64,000 bases of DNA from an uncultured Planctomycetaceae bacterium. GTDB lineage: Bacteria; Planctomycetota; Planctomycetia; Isosphaerales; Isosphaeraceae. The DNA is taken from NCBI GenBank assembly GCA_963833985.1, contig CAWIAD010000002.1, forward strand, positions 4,960,001-5,024,000, written 5' to 3'. Positions 10,281 through 20,903 of this stretch are shown here, one piece after another (position 1 is the first letter of the stretch; every line of letters begins with the position of its first letter). The notes below the pieces were generated by a model. It worked only from the letters and a program-made list of their open reading frames with translations, was not told the origin of the DNA and searched no databases. A program made the position numbers and the translations under genes.

Positions 10281-11015
10281 ATGGCCGTACCAAAAGTTGT
10301 CATCGACCTGGTCATCAGCTTCCTGATCCTGCTCATGACCTACGCTCTTGCCAGCGAGGGGCTCTGGGGCGCTGCGCTCATGTTCTTCAACGTCGTCTTC
10401 GCCGGCCTGATCGCGTTCAACTGCTACGAGCCGCTGGCGAAGCTCATCGACAGCACGGGCATTGGCTGGGGATTCTCCGACACCCTCTCCATGATGGCCA
10501 TCTTCTGCGTCACGGTGATGCTCCTGCGCATGACCACCGAGAGCCTGGCCCCCGCCATGGTGCGGTTCCCCACTCCCATCTATCACGCCGGACGGCTGTT
10601 CTTCGCACTGGCCACCTCGCTGGTCACCATGTCCATCCTGATCCTGGCATTCCACGCCGCGCCGGTGCACAAGCGAATCTTCGGGGCCATCGATTACAAG
10701 TACAACCCGCCGTTCGGCATGGGCTTGGATCACAAGTGGCTGGGCTTCTTTCAGTACACCTCCGGCCAGATCTTCGCGCGGTACGGATCGGGAAGCCGCG
10801 ATCCCTACGGCGAATATGGCCGCAGTGGTACCCAGCGAATCCCCGTCCGCGTGTTCGATCCGCGCGCGACCTGGCTGCTCAATCACCAGGAGGTCCGGCC
10901 CTACGGAGAGGGCCCGATCATGAGCGAATCGGGCGGCGAAAGCGGTGAGGCGGCCGGATCCACGAGCGCCTCCGGGAGCTCAGGCGGGCGCGCCGGTCCG
11001 CGCAGACCCGGGTAA
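10281..11015 (+). CDS. CvpA (colicin V production) family membrane protein
   Basis: Four hydrophobic helices; EGLWGAA and AFNCYEPLA pattern of the CvpA-like family. Confidence 0.65.
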   Translation: MAVPKVVIDLVISFLILLMTYALASEGLWGAALMFFNVVFAGLIAFNCYEPLAKLIDSTGIGWGFSDTLSMMAIFCVTVMLLRMTTESLAPAMVRFPTPIYHAGRLFFALATSLVTMSILILAFHAAPVHKRIFGAIDYKYNPPFGMGLDHKWLGFFQYTSGQIFARYGSGSRDPYGEYGRSGTQRIPVRVFDPRATWLLNHQEVRPYGEGPIMSESGGESGEAAGSTSASGSSGGRAGPRRPG

Positions 11016-11061
11016 GCAAGCCTGCCCACCCAGGGCCGCCAGGCCAGCCTCCCGGCTCGTT

Positions 11062-11616
11062 TCATCTCAGCGGATGCTGGGCGGCAGCCGTGCTCTGGGC
11101 TAGCGATCGCGATTCCACCAGCTCCAGCCGCGTGCTGGCTACCGTGCCGATCGACTGCTGGAGGATCCGGTAAATGACAAGCTGGCTGGTCGAGGTCTCG
11201 AACACGTAGAGCGGCGCCCAGCCCGCACTGTAGGCACCGAGCGCACCGGTCGACATCAAGAAATGAGGCTTCGGTCCGTTATCCAGATCGAGCTTGAAGT
11301 CAGCGGCCAGGTCGCGCTCGGCGAATGTGCCCAGGTATCGCGAGGTTCCCACCGTGCCGTGCAGCGAAGGGATCGTCCCGAGCAGCCGTCCGGCCTTATA
11401 ATCGAGGATGTAGATGGCCTCGAGGGGAATCTGCACCTTGCTCCCCTGATCGTAATGGATCATCACCGGTCCCGTGACCACGATCGACTCACCGGAACGG
11501 TCGCCACCGCCAGCCAGGATGGGCGCCGGGCGGACGCTTGCGGCCGCCCAACCGAATGCCACGCCCAGGCCAAGCAGTGCCACGCCCGGGATGCCACGAA
11601 GATGCGACAGCACCAT
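11062..11616 (-). CDS. Hypothetical exported protein
   Basis: 184-aa ORF with an N-terminal hydrophobic signal and a beta-rich body. Confidence 0.7.
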   Translation of the reverse strand: MVLSHLRGIPGVALLGLGVAFGWAAASVRPAPILAGGGDRSGESIVVTGPVMIHYDQGSKVQIPLEAIYILDYKAGRLLGTIPSLHGTVGTSRYLGTFAERDLAADFKLDLDNGPKPHFLMSTGALGAYSAGWAPLYVFETSTSQLVIYRILQQSIGTVASTRLELVESRSLAQSTAAAQHPLR

Positions 11617-11741
11617 GAATCACCAGGTCCTTTCACTCGCCTCTCGGAACACAGCCCGAGCAGTCCGCCTGATCGCGGAGGGCATTGTGCGGCGGATCGC
11701 CTCTGGAGTCCAGACCAAGCACGCCATGCGAGGATGATTCC

Positions 11742-13304
11742 ATGCAAGTCTTCACCTGGACCGTCGGCATTTGCTTGCTGGCTCAGATTCCTCCCCCGGA
11801 TACAGGTCCGGGTGTCGCGGTCACGCTGAAGCACGCCCAGCGCGTCATCGAGGAGCGAGAAGCCAGTTCCCTGCGGAAGCTTGCGGATTCTCTGACCGGG
11901 AAAGACGCGGCCCAGGCACGCCTGGAGATCCAGCGACTGCTGCCGAGACCGCGGCAGGAAAACGGGCCCGACCGGATCATGCCCTTGCCTGAGGTGGTGG
12001 CCCGTACTTCCCGAAGCGGGCTGGCCAGTGTCTCTCCCAGGACGGGTAATCCCGCCGCAAGAGGCTCGGGAGATGCCTGGCGCGCGGAACTGGAGCGGAT
12101 CCGATCCAGGGCCGCGTCCGAGCTGTTCGAGGTGGCCAACCGAGCCGCCACAAGCCGACCGCCCGAATATGCCCGGGCCGCGTTCTGCCTCCGCGCGGTG
12201 CTGGACCGGCAGCCGGATCATGCCGCCGCGCGCAGGCTGCTGGGCTATATCCCCCACGATGGCGGCTGGGCGCGGCCGTTCGCCGCCCGCCAGCTCAAGG
12301 AAGGCAACGTGAATCACCTCGTTTTCGGCTGGGTGCCGAAAGACTGGGGCGAGCATCTGGACCGGGGCGAGCTGCCGTACATGACCGCCCGTGGTCAGAA
12401 GCCGCGCTGGCTGCCCGCGGAGGAGGCCGACCGGCTCCGCGCGAACTGGAAGAACCCCTGGCAGATCTCCACGGAGCACTTCGAGATCCAGACCGATGTT
12501 CCGCTCAGCGAAGGGATCGAGTTCGCCCGCAGGCTGGAGGCCTTCTACGACGTGTTCTTCACGCAGCTTGCCGACCTCGTGGGCGAGAACCTGCCCCTGG
12601 CCCGCCGCTTCCGCTCACCCACGACGAGCGCTGAGGCGACCTACCGTCCGCATCGAGTGCTCTATTTTGGGACGAGGGACGAATACCTGGAGCATCTCCA
12701 GCCCCTGACGACGGACGACATCACGGAAAGCCTGGGGTACTACTCGCCGGCGAAAGCGGGCAAGGGAAACCGGGCGGCCACCTACTTCTTCCGCGACGCC
12801 GGCGGCCAGCTCCCGGTCACCGCAACGCTCTACCATGAAGTCTCGCACCAGCTTCTGTTCGAGACGGCCGGCCCCAACGCCTTCACCAGGAACTACAGCG
12901 GCTACTGGGTCTTCGAGGGGCTGGGAACCTACTTCGAAACGGCCACGCCCCAGTCCGACGGCTCTCTGGAAATCGGCGGCTTCGTGGGCGAGCGGCTGGC
13001 CGCGGCCCAGCAGTCGCTCGCCGCAGGCCGTTTCTTGCCCCTGGACCCATTCCTGCGCCTTGACAAGCCTGGGTTCGAGTCCCGCGAGCGGATCCACACG
13101 AACTACCAGCAGGCCATGGCGCTCGCGGTCTTCCTGATGCAGTGGCACGACGCGGTCTACCGAGAGCCGTTCCTGGACTTCGTGCACGACGCCTACCGCG
13201 GCCGGATCAAGCGGACGACCGGGCGCTCGCTGGAAGACCGGATCGGCGAACCCGTCCCGGCCCTGGACGCACGCTTCCGCGCGTTCGTCGCCCGCGGCGG
13301 ATAA
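11742..13304 (+). CDS. DUF1570-like zinc peptidase domain protein
   Basis: Signal peptide, TEHFEIQTD, HExxH motif (YHEVSHQL) and WVFEGLGTYFE. Confidence 0.8.
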   Translation: MQVFTWTVGICLLAQIPPPDTGPGVAVTLKHAQRVIEEREASSLRKLADSLTGKDAAQARLEIQRLLPRPRQENGPDRIMPLPEVVARTSRSGLASVSPRTGNPAARGSGDAWRAELERIRSRAASELFEVANRAATSRPPEYARAAFCLRAVLDRQPDHAAARRLLGYIPHDGGWARPFAARQLKEGNVNHLVFGWVPKDWGEHLDRGELPYMTARGQKPRWLPAEEADRLRANWKNPWQISTEHFEIQTDVPLSEGIEFARRLEAFYDVFFTQLADLVGENLPLARRFRSPTTSAEATYRPHRVLYFGTRDEYLEHLQPLTTDDITESLGYYSPAKAGKGNRAATYFFRDAGGQLPVTATLYHEVSHQLLFETAGPNAFTRNYSGYWVFEGLGTYFETATPQSDGSLEIGGFVGERLAAAQQSLAAGRFLPLDPFLRLDKPGFESRERIHTNYQQAMALAVFLMQWHDAVYREPFLDFVHDAYRGRIKRTTGRSLEDRIGEPVPALDARFRAFVARGG

Positions 13305-13329
13305 GGTTCGACTGCCGCGGGCTGCGCGA

Positions 13330-13572
13330 CTATTCGCCGACGTAAGGCAGGAGAGCCATGAACCGGGCGCGCTTCACCGCGGCACTCGAGGCGCGCTGAA
13401 ACGCCGCGCAGTTTCCGCTCCGCTTGCGGGAGAACATCTTGCTCTGGTTGGTGCACAGCTTCTTCAGCAGACCGATGTCCTTGTAGTCAACATAGGCAGG
13501 CCGCGGACACCCTTCACGCGTGCAGAACCGGCATCGATTCTTGCGGTTGCGACCAAACTTCTTGCGAGGCAT
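13330..13572 (-). CDS. rpsR: 30S ribosomal protein S18 (Cys-containing, zinc-binding type)
   Basis: CRFC, VDYKD, RKRSGNCA and QR...AVKRARFMALLPY. Confidence 0.97.
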   Translation of the reverse strand: MPRKKFGRNRKNRCRFCTREGCPRPAYVDYKDIGLLKKLCTNQSKMFSRKRSGNCAAFQRASSAAVKRARFMALLPYVGE

Positions 13573-13971
13573 AAACCCGTTGTCCTCAAGTCATTTCCGA
13601 AACAGTCCAGTCGCGGGCGGAACCAGTTGCCGCCCTGCGGCTGGAGGAAAACCAATTCAGGGGGAATCTCACAAGATATTCTGAGCGGCGTTCCCAGTCA
13701 AGTTGTTGCAAGCGTCTCCGCTTGAAACCAGCCCTGCCGAAGACGGCCCTTCGACGTCGCCCGGCTGGAACGTAAAACCCATCCTGAAGTGACTCTTCAG
13801 CTTTCACGTTGCACTGGCCGGGGCCGCATGCCTGGGAGGCCATCACCGCGCAGGCGCAAGGCCGCCAGGTGGCACGACGCCGAAATCAGCGTCGGCAACG
13901 CCCTGACGGCCTGTTTACCCGCAAGGGAATCCGCGACCAGACTCAGCTGATGCAGGCGTCACCGGCGGCGT

Positions 13972-15030
13972 TCACTCGCCGGCACGCTTGCGATAGAACG
14001 CCAGCCAGTCCTTGCCGGTCTCGGGGGTCAGGTCGGTGAAGGCGGCGTCGATCTGGGCCTTGTCGGGCTTGCCGTCCTTCTCGCGGTCAACTCCTTCCTT
14101 GACGAACTGCTCGGTCTCGCCTTTCCAGTCGCGGGTGGCCAGACCACGCGACAGGGCCGCGTAATACCAGACCCGCGCGTCGCCCGGATGCGCCTTGGTC
14201 AGGTTGCTGAAGAATTCATTGGCCTGGTTGTAGTTCTTCTTGTGGAAGAGCTTGATACCCGCTTCCAGCGATGGCTGCACCAGAGCCTCGATATCGCCGG
14301 GCGTCTCGCTGGTACTCGTGCCCGCGGCGCGCTTTGCCTTTTCGGCCACTTCCTCGTTGCTCGGCACCTTCTCCTCGCGGTTCGCGGGTTTGTCGGCCAC
14401 CGGGGGTGGTTGCGCCGCGATGGGGGCTGGTTTCCCGATGGCCGCCGTGGGCTTCTCGGGATTGCCGCTGGAGTCGCTGTGAACGCTATTGCGCAGCGAG
14501 GCGACCTCGGTCTTCACACCTTCCACGTCGGCCGCCAGGGTGGTGATCTGGCGGCTGTCCTGGTCGACCTTCGCGGGCAACGAGTTGACCCGAGCGCTCA
14601 GGGCGTCTACCTTTCGGGACACATCTTCGAGGACGGCGATCTTCTCCTTGATCGGCTCGATGTCCTGTGGCGAAACCGCCTTCGGAAGCCGGTCCACGCG
14701 CCCTTGCAGCTCGTCAAGCTTGCCGCCAAACTCGTTCAGCCGGTCGGATGTCGCGGGGGCCGTGGCGCCAGACTTGCCCGCGTCCGCCTCGTTTTCCGCG
14801 GCGTGGTGCTTGCCGAGCATTGGCGCCAGGTATTCCACGTAAGCCCAGGCTCCCGCGGCGCCCATGAACAGCGAGAGGATGCACGACGTGAGCACGGTTC
14901 CGGCCCCTCCTCCCGGGGAGGCCGTGGGTTCGACCCGCCGGATCGTCGGCGGTTCCGTGCGGCTGGTCGGCTGCACGTTCACCTGCTCGGTTCGCTCACC
15001 CTGGAACGTTGGGTTGGGATCGCTCGTCAT
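13972..15030 (-). CDS. Hypothetical membrane-anchored coiled-coil/TPR protein
   Basis: GGAGG RBS before the ATG at 15030, one TM helix, heptad repeats and a TPR-like C-terminus (DARVWYYAAL). Confidence 0.75.
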   Translation of the reverse strand: MTSDPNPTFQGERTEQVNVQPTSRTEPPTIRRVEPTASPGGGAGTVLTSCILSLFMGAAGAWAYVEYLAPMLGKHHAAENEADAGKSGATAPATSDRLNEFGGKLDELQGRVDRLPKAVSPQDIEPIKEKIAVLEDVSRKVDALSARVNSLPAKVDQDSRQITTLAADVEGVKTEVASLRNSVHSDSSGNPEKPTAAIGKPAPIAAQPPPVADKPANREEKVPSNEEVAEKAKRAAGTSTSETPGDIEALVQPSLEAGIKLFHKKNYNQANEFFSNLTKAHPGDARVWYYAALSRGLATRDWKGETEQFVKEGVDREKDGKPDKAQIDAAFTDLTPETGKDWLAFYRKRAGE

Positions 15031-15137
15031 CGCAGTGCCTCCAAAGAGAAAGACTCCAGTCGCGGCAACGAACCTTCGGAATGATCGTTCGCTCAAGGGA
15101 GATGTTGTGGTGAAGGCCTGGCAGTGACACGCCCGCG

Positions 15138-15860
15138 CTAGCGGTCCGGGTTCGTCTTTTCGGCACCCGTGGTCTGGTGATTCTGGGGCGGGGTGTCCGG
15201 GCCGCCGACCGGCCGCATGACTCTCACCCGGCTTGCTCGGTTTTCTTTCCCTTCGTGCTGATATTCCACGTCCACCCAGAGACCGGGCTTCAACTCCATG
15301 GGCTCGAGGGTTCGGGCCTTGCGCGCCGGCCTGTTATCACCGGCGCGGGCCTGCTCCCCGGTGGTGCTCGCCTTGCTCTGGGCGTCGGTGGCCTCCTCAG
15401 CTTTCGCGGCGCCTTGCGCGGTGGCGGCTCCCTCGCTGATCTCGTCGGTGGAGGAGCGATAGCGCATCAGGATCTCGGTCTTCGGGTCGACCTCCAGGGT
15501 GACCATGAGCTCGCCATCACGCGGATGCCCCTCGGTGGCAACCGACTTCTTCCCCTTCGACGCCGCCTTCGCCGTGCCGGTACGCGCGGCCTGGGACGCC
15601 GCGACAGCCTGGTCGCGCACGAAGTCCCGCCAGACCACGTCCGTGTTGATCGTGAGTCTCCAGGAGCCTCGTTGCGCGGGCTCTCCCTGCTGCGAGCGTT
15701 CAATCTTGACGATCACTCCCGATGTCTTCTCGTTGCGAACCGGCTTGCGCTCCTGGGCACCAGCAGGCCGCGCATCCAACGAAGCCAGTGCCATGATACC
15801 CATCGTGCTTCCGAGTATGATGAATTGCCGGGGCGTCCTGAATTCTCTGTGTGCCGCCAT
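15138..15860 (-). CDS. Hypothetical exported protein
   Basis: AAGGAG RBS before the ATG at 15860, signal-like segment ending AGA-Q and OB-fold-like LKPGLWVDVEY. Confidence 0.65.
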   Translation of the reverse strand: MAAHREFRTPRQFIILGSTMGIMALASLDARPAGAQERKPVRNEKTSGVIVKIERSQQGEPAQRGSWRLTINTDVVWRDFVRDQAVAASQAARTGTAKAASKGKKSVATEGHPRDGELMVTLEVDPKTEILMRYRSSTDEISEGAATAQGAAKAEEATDAQSKASTTGEQARAGDNRPARKARTLEPMELKPGLWVDVEYQHEGKENRASRVRVMRPVGGPDTPPQNHQTTGAEKTNPDR

Positions 15861-16095
15861 CTGAGATTCTCCTTCGTCATCGCAGGCTGGACCGAGCGCG
15901 AACGCTCGGCCAGTTCCACCCGGTGCCGTGACATGGTATCGTTGCATCCACCGAGCAATTCCAGTGCCAGCCACGATCGAACGGTTGTCTGTCCAGAACC
16001 GCGATTCTGCCTGCGCGGCACCGTGCTTGGCCGGATGAACATGAGAGCTCTGTGAGTCATGTCCCGGGTCTTCCACCGGTCGAGGCAAGACGCTC

Positions 16096-17099
16096 ATGAA
16101 TGTCGCCGCGCGGCTCGGTGCCGGCCTCTTTCCGACGTTCTTCGATGAGCCGGCCGTCGTGCTCATCCTGGCCCTGCTGGCGCTCGGACTGGCCGCCACT
16201 CCGCCGCTTCTGCTGGCTCTCGAGCGTGCCGGGCGGCTGTCACCCGAGCTCAAGGCGGAACTGTGGCAGCGTTATCGCGCCTGGCTCGCAACGGTTCCGG
16301 CCATCGTGGTTCCCGTGATGCTGGGACCGTTGTGGACCATTGCGGGTGCCTGCGTGCTGAGTCTCTTCTGCTTCCGCGAGTTCGCCCGCGTGACGGGTTT
16401 CTTCCGCGAGCGGCTCATGAACGTGCTGGTGGTGCTGGGCATCATCGCCATGAGTCTGGCCAGTGCGGACCGGTGGTACCGCCTCTTCGTGGCGCTGACG
16501 CCCATTCTGATCGTGCTGATCACAGCCGTTGCCACGTCGCTCGACCGGCCCAGAGGGTACATCCAGCGCGTGGGCATGGCGTGCCTGAGCTTCTTGCTCT
16601 TTGGCACCTGCATGGGGCACATCGGCTACATGGCCAACACGGCCGGGTATCGCTCATTGATCCTGCTGCTGGCCTTCAGCGTGCAGGTGAACGACGTGAT
16701 CGGCTACCTGGTGGGGAAGCTGGCCGGCGGCCCCAGGCTGCGCCCCGAACCTCTGCCAGCAGGACGATCGCTGGCTCCCTCGTGGCGACCGTGCTGACGA
16801 CTCTGCTGGTCTATGGCACAGGTGCGCTGCTCTTCCGGCAGGGACCGCTCAGCCATGGCGGTTTGCGGCTGGTGCTGGGCTTGCTGATCAGCGTCGCGGG
16901 CCAGCTCGGCGATCTCACGGTCACGGCCATCAAGCAGGACGCCGGAGTGAAGAGCACGGGTACCTGGATCCCCGGGCCGGAAGGCGTGCTCGAGCGCGCC
17001 AACAGCCTTTTGGTATCGGCCCCTGCCATGTTTCATTTCCTGAATTATTTTCAGGTGGTTTCCACCGATGATGCGCTTCGCGGCTTCGCGTCGGTGTGA
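16096..17099 (+). CDS. Phosphatidate cytidylyltransferase family protein (frameshift near 16742)
   Basis: Multi-TM; NDVIGYLVGKL in frame 1, then GQLGDL..AIKQDAGVK..G..GVLERANS in frame 2. Confidence 0.85.
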
Positions 17100-17110
17100 G
17101 GACTGTTGTC

Positions 17111-17837
17111 ATGAAGTCCTGGAATTATGTGCCCGCGCAGGACATCGAGCTGAAACCCGTGGATCGGGCGCGTAGCCTGAAGCGGGAGCCCGGTATCTGG
17201 TCGTGGTGCGGGCACCTGGCGTGGACCGGCCTGGTGAAGTCTTACACGAGGCTGTATCACCGCCTGGAGGTGGCTGGCAGGGAGCACCTGCCGCAGTCTC
17301 CTCCGTTCGTGATGATCGCCAATCACACCAGCCACCTCGACGCCATGGTCCTGGCCTCGGCGATTCCCCTGCGCCACTGCGGGTGCGTCTTTCCTGTGGC
17401 GGCCGGCGACGTCTTCTTCGAGGATCCGGCCCGCTCGCTGTTCTCGGCCCAGTTCATCAACGCCCTGCCGATGTGGCGGAAGAACTGCGGCCCGCACGCC
17501 CTGGGAGAGCTTCGGAATCGGCTGATCCACCAGCCCTGTGCCTACATCCTCTTTCCGGAAGGCGCGGCGCAGCCGCAACGGTTCGCTCCTGCCCTTCAAG
17601 GCAGGCCTCGGCATGATCATCGCCGGCACTCCCGTCCCCGTAATCCCGTGTGCCATCGCCGGAGCGGGCCGGGCCTGGCCCGCGGATTCGTGGTGGCCGC
17701 GCCCGCGTAAGGTGCGGCTGACGATCGGCCCGCCTCTGAACTTCGAATCGCAGCCCAACAACCGGGCAGGGTGGGAGCAGATCGCACGCGACATGGAAGA
17801 GGCGGTGCGAAGCCTGACGCAAGGGCCTGCCCAGTGA
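17111..17837 (+). CDS. PlsC-family lysophospholipid acyltransferase (frameshift near 17567)
   Basis: NHTSHLD motif and FPEG, then RSRNG..PFKAG and PVIP in the second frame. Confidence 0.88.
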
Positions 17838-18001
17838 GTGAGGGGCAAGCACCTGTCTCCACACCGGGAGGCCGCAGCCGTACCGGTCCTTGTCCGTCCG
17901 CAACAGGAAAGGTTGGAGCGGAGGGCTCATTCTGCGAAGATGCGATGGCTGCCGGATTCTCCAGGGGGGGCCCTGTCGAGGGGAGCAGATCGGGGACAAT
18001 C

Positions 18002-19741
18002 ATGAGCCTGCGCCGCGGTGTGACAACATTACTTCTCGGGTGCTCGATGGGACTGCTGTTCTCGCCGATCGCGCGGGCCGATGATCGGTTCGCGAGGCAC
18101 GTCGTCGCGGCTCAGGAAAGCCATGCGGCACAGGTCGGCCGCGACATCCTGCGGCGCGGAGGTAACGCGATGGACGCGGCCATCGCCACGGCATTCGCCC
18201 TGGCCGTCACCGTGCCGGAGGCCGGCAACCTGGGAGGCGGCGGGTTCATCGTCGCCCATTTGGCCGATCGCCACGAGGTTGTGACCGTCGATTTCCGGGA
18301 GACCGCGCCCCATTCGGCCACGCCTCGCATGTACCTGGACGACTCGGGCAAGCCGCGGCCGCATCACCGCGCGGGGGCATGGGCCGCGGGCGTGCCCGGA
18401 ACCGTGCGCGGGCTTGGACTGGCGCATGCGCGCTGGGGCAAGCTCTCCTGGGCCGAGCTCGTGTCGCCGGCCGCACGGCTGGCACGAGAGGGCTTCCCCA
18501 TCTCGCCGGACCTCGCCGGCTCGCTCAACAGCCAGCTCCGCGCGTTGAAAGAGCCAGACAGCCAGCGTCCGCACCAGCGCGACCGGCTGGCCGACTTCGC
18601 TTCGTCGGTCGCGGCCTTCGGCCGGGCGGATCATGCCACCTGGAACTGCGGGGACCGCCTGGTCCAGCCTGATCTGGCCGCGACTCTCGACCGCATCGCA
18701 CTCAACGGCCCCGACGAGTTCTATGCCGGCAAGACGGCTCGCCTCGTCGTCCAGTACATGAAAGCGAACGACGGACGGATCACGGCCGAGGATCTCTCGG
18801 GCTACCAGGCAAGGATCCGCCCACCAGTGCATACGACGTTCCGCGGCTCGGACGTCTGGAGCATGGGACCTCCCTCCTCGGGCGGCATCGTGCTCTGCCA
18901 GATTCTCAACATCCTCGAGCGCTTCGACCTGAAGGCCGACGGCGCCCATTCCACGCGGACCGTTCACCGCGTCACCGAGGCCATGCGGAGGGCGTTCTGT
19001 ACCCGGGCCATGCAACTGGGCGACGCCGATTTCGTGACCGTGCCAGTGAGCGATTTGCTCTCCAGGCCGGCGGCCGATGCGCTGGCACGCACGATCAGCG
19101 CACGCGCCACCCCCAGCGCGTCGCTGGCCCCGCTGACCATCCTGCCGCCGGAATCCGACCATACGACCCATCTCTCCACGCTGGACGCCGCCGGCAACGC
19201 GGTCGCGCTCACCTACACCCTGGAGGACAGCTACGGGGCGAAGGCCGTCGTCGCCGGTGCGGGTTTCTTGCTGAACAACGAGATGGGAGACTTCAACCTG
19301 GTTCCCGGACGCACCGACAGCGCGGGGCGGATTGGCACGCCTGCGAACCTCATCGCCCCCGGTAAGCGGATGCTCAGTTCGATGACGCCCACCATCGTCA
19401 CCCGGAACGGCAAGGTCCATGTGGTGACGGGCTCGCCGGGCGGCCGAACCATACCCAACACCACGCTCTGGGTGGTGCTGGGCGTGCTGGAGTTCGGCCT
19501 CGAGCCGCGCGCCGCGGTGGACGCACCGCGCACGCACCACCAGTGGTTCCCGGACGTCCTGCTTCTGGAAGGGCCCTCCTGGACCGATGCGGATCGCGCC
19601 GGGCTGGCGGCCCTGGGACATCGTGTGCAATCCGTCGCACACCTGGGAATTGCAAACTCCATCATGGTCGATCCGGCCACCGGCCAGATCCACGGGATTG
19701 CCGACCATCGCCGCCCCACCTCGCAAGCCGCGGGCGATTGA
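18002..19741 (+). CDS. ggt: Gamma-glutamyltransferase
   Basis: GGNAMDAAIA, GGGGF, DFRETAP, TTHLS nucleophile, LNNEMGDF, PGKRMLSSMTP and GSPGG. Confidence 0.95.
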   Translation: MSLRRGVTTLLLGCSMGLLFSPIARADDRFARHVVAAQESHAAQVGRDILRRGGNAMDAAIATAFALAVTVPEAGNLGGGGFIVAHLADRHEVVTVDFRETAPHSATPRMYLDDSGKPRPHHRAGAWAAGVPGTVRGLGLAHARWGKLSWAELVSPAARLAREGFPISPDLAGSLNSQLRALKEPDSQRPHQRDRLADFASSVAAFGRADHATWNCGDRLVQPDLAATLDRIALNGPDEFYAGKTARLVVQYMKANDGRITAEDLSGYQARIRPPVHTTFRGSDVWSMGPPSSGGIVLCQILNILERFDLKADGAHSTRTVHRVTEAMRRAFCTRAMQLGDADFVTVPVSDLLSRPAADALARTISARATPSASLAPLTILPPESDHTTHLSTLDAAGNAVALTYTLEDSYGAKAVVAGAGFLLNNEMGDFNLVPGRTDSAGRIGTPANLIAPGKRMLSSMTPTIVTRNGKVHVVTGSPGGRTIPNTTLWVVLGVLEFGLEPRAAVDAPRTHHQWFPDVLLLEGPSWTDADRAGLAALGHRVQSVAHLGIANSIMVDPATGQIHGIADHRRPTSQAAGD

Positions 19742-19899
19742 GCCCGCCCGGGTGGCCAGTGACCCTTCCCATCCGATCGGCGGTCCATCGAGCGTGGAAT
19801 TCGAGCCACTCGCCGTGGCGTCCGGGAGACAAGTTCGGCCCATCGGGCCACAAAAGGCGTTCGTGACCCGTATCTCTGGCGAGCAGACGGAAACACCCC

Positions 19900-20133
19900 A
19901 TGCCGGAGCCGAGCTTCATGACGCGAGCGCATCAACCTTATTCATCGAGTCCAGTTGTGTTGCTGCGAATCAGCGATGGTTCGGCTCTGATCCATCGCGC
20001 GTTCAGCGATTTCGGGCAGGCGGTCCACTCGGCCGAGGAGTACGCCATGGCCGGCTGCTGGGTGGTCATGATCTCCGCGACCGGACGATTTCTCATGCAT
20101 TTCGCGCCTGCCTGGCAGAAAATTGCCGTCTGA
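19900..20133 (+). CDS. Small hypothetical protein
   Basis: 77-aa ORF filling an intergenic gap; no family recognised. Confidence 0.4.
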   Translation: MPEPSFMTRAHQPYSSSPVVLLRISDGSALIHRAFSDFGQAVHSAEEYAMAGCWVVMISATGRFLMHFAPAWQKIAV

Positions 20134-20373
20134 CCGCGTGGATGACTCTGCGGGAAATCCCGGAAAAAACGGGGCAAAACCTGGCTCAAAGCTCGAAAAT
20201 CCAGGAATTTCTCAGAAAATTGAGCCTTTTCCCCGAATTTCTCTGGATGTTTTCGGCATAATCGTCGAAAACGAACGCCAGGAGCCTCGGTGATCACCCC
20301 TCAACGGAGAGGGAACGACCGCTCGCTCGCCCCAAGATACGGCAGAGATCCAAGACAGGAGGGAGAACCGTCC

Positions 20374-20745
20374 ATGGCCAAGAAAGCCGCACCCAAAGCC
20401 GCTGAGCCGAAAGCGCCAGCAGCCAGTGCCGACAAGGCGGCCACGAAGCCCGCGACCAAGACCGAGTTCTACGCCACCCTGGCGGAGAAGACGGGCTTGA
20501 GCAAGAAGCAGGTTGCCTCGGTGTTCGAGGCCTTCCATGAGTTGCATGGCAAGGAACTGGGCAAGAAGGGCCCCGGAATTCTCACGGTTCCCGGCCTGTA
20601 CAAGATCAAGGTGGTGCACAAGCCGGCCACCAAGGCGCGCCCGGGCTTCAACCCGGCCACCAAGCAGCCGATCACCATCAAGGCCAAGCCGGCCCGCAAG
20701 GTCATCAAGGTCATGCCGCTGAAGGCCCTCAAGGACATGATCTGA
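20374..20745 (+). CDS. HU-family histone-like DNA-binding protein with a Lys/Ala-rich N-terminal tail
   Basis: AGGAGG RBS, LAEKTGLSKKQV and ARPGFNPATKQPITIKAKPARKV. Confidence 0.92.
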   Translation: MAKKAAPKAAEPKAPAASADKAATKPATKTEFYATLAEKTGLSKKQVASVFEAFHELHGKELGKKGPGILTVPGLYKIKVVHKPATKARPGFNPATKQPITIKAKPARKVIKVMPLKALKDMI

Positions 20746-20903
20746 CGCCCGGGCGCTTCATTCCGCCCCGAGCCGAGCGCTAACGAACGCACCGCCAGCC
20801 CCAAACGACGTGAGGGCTGAGACGGTGCGTTTCTTTTCAGACGGCCATGAGCTGGCGGCGGCCATGAGTTTCGCGGAGTGGCCGGCCACCAGGCCCGTTG
20901 GGC

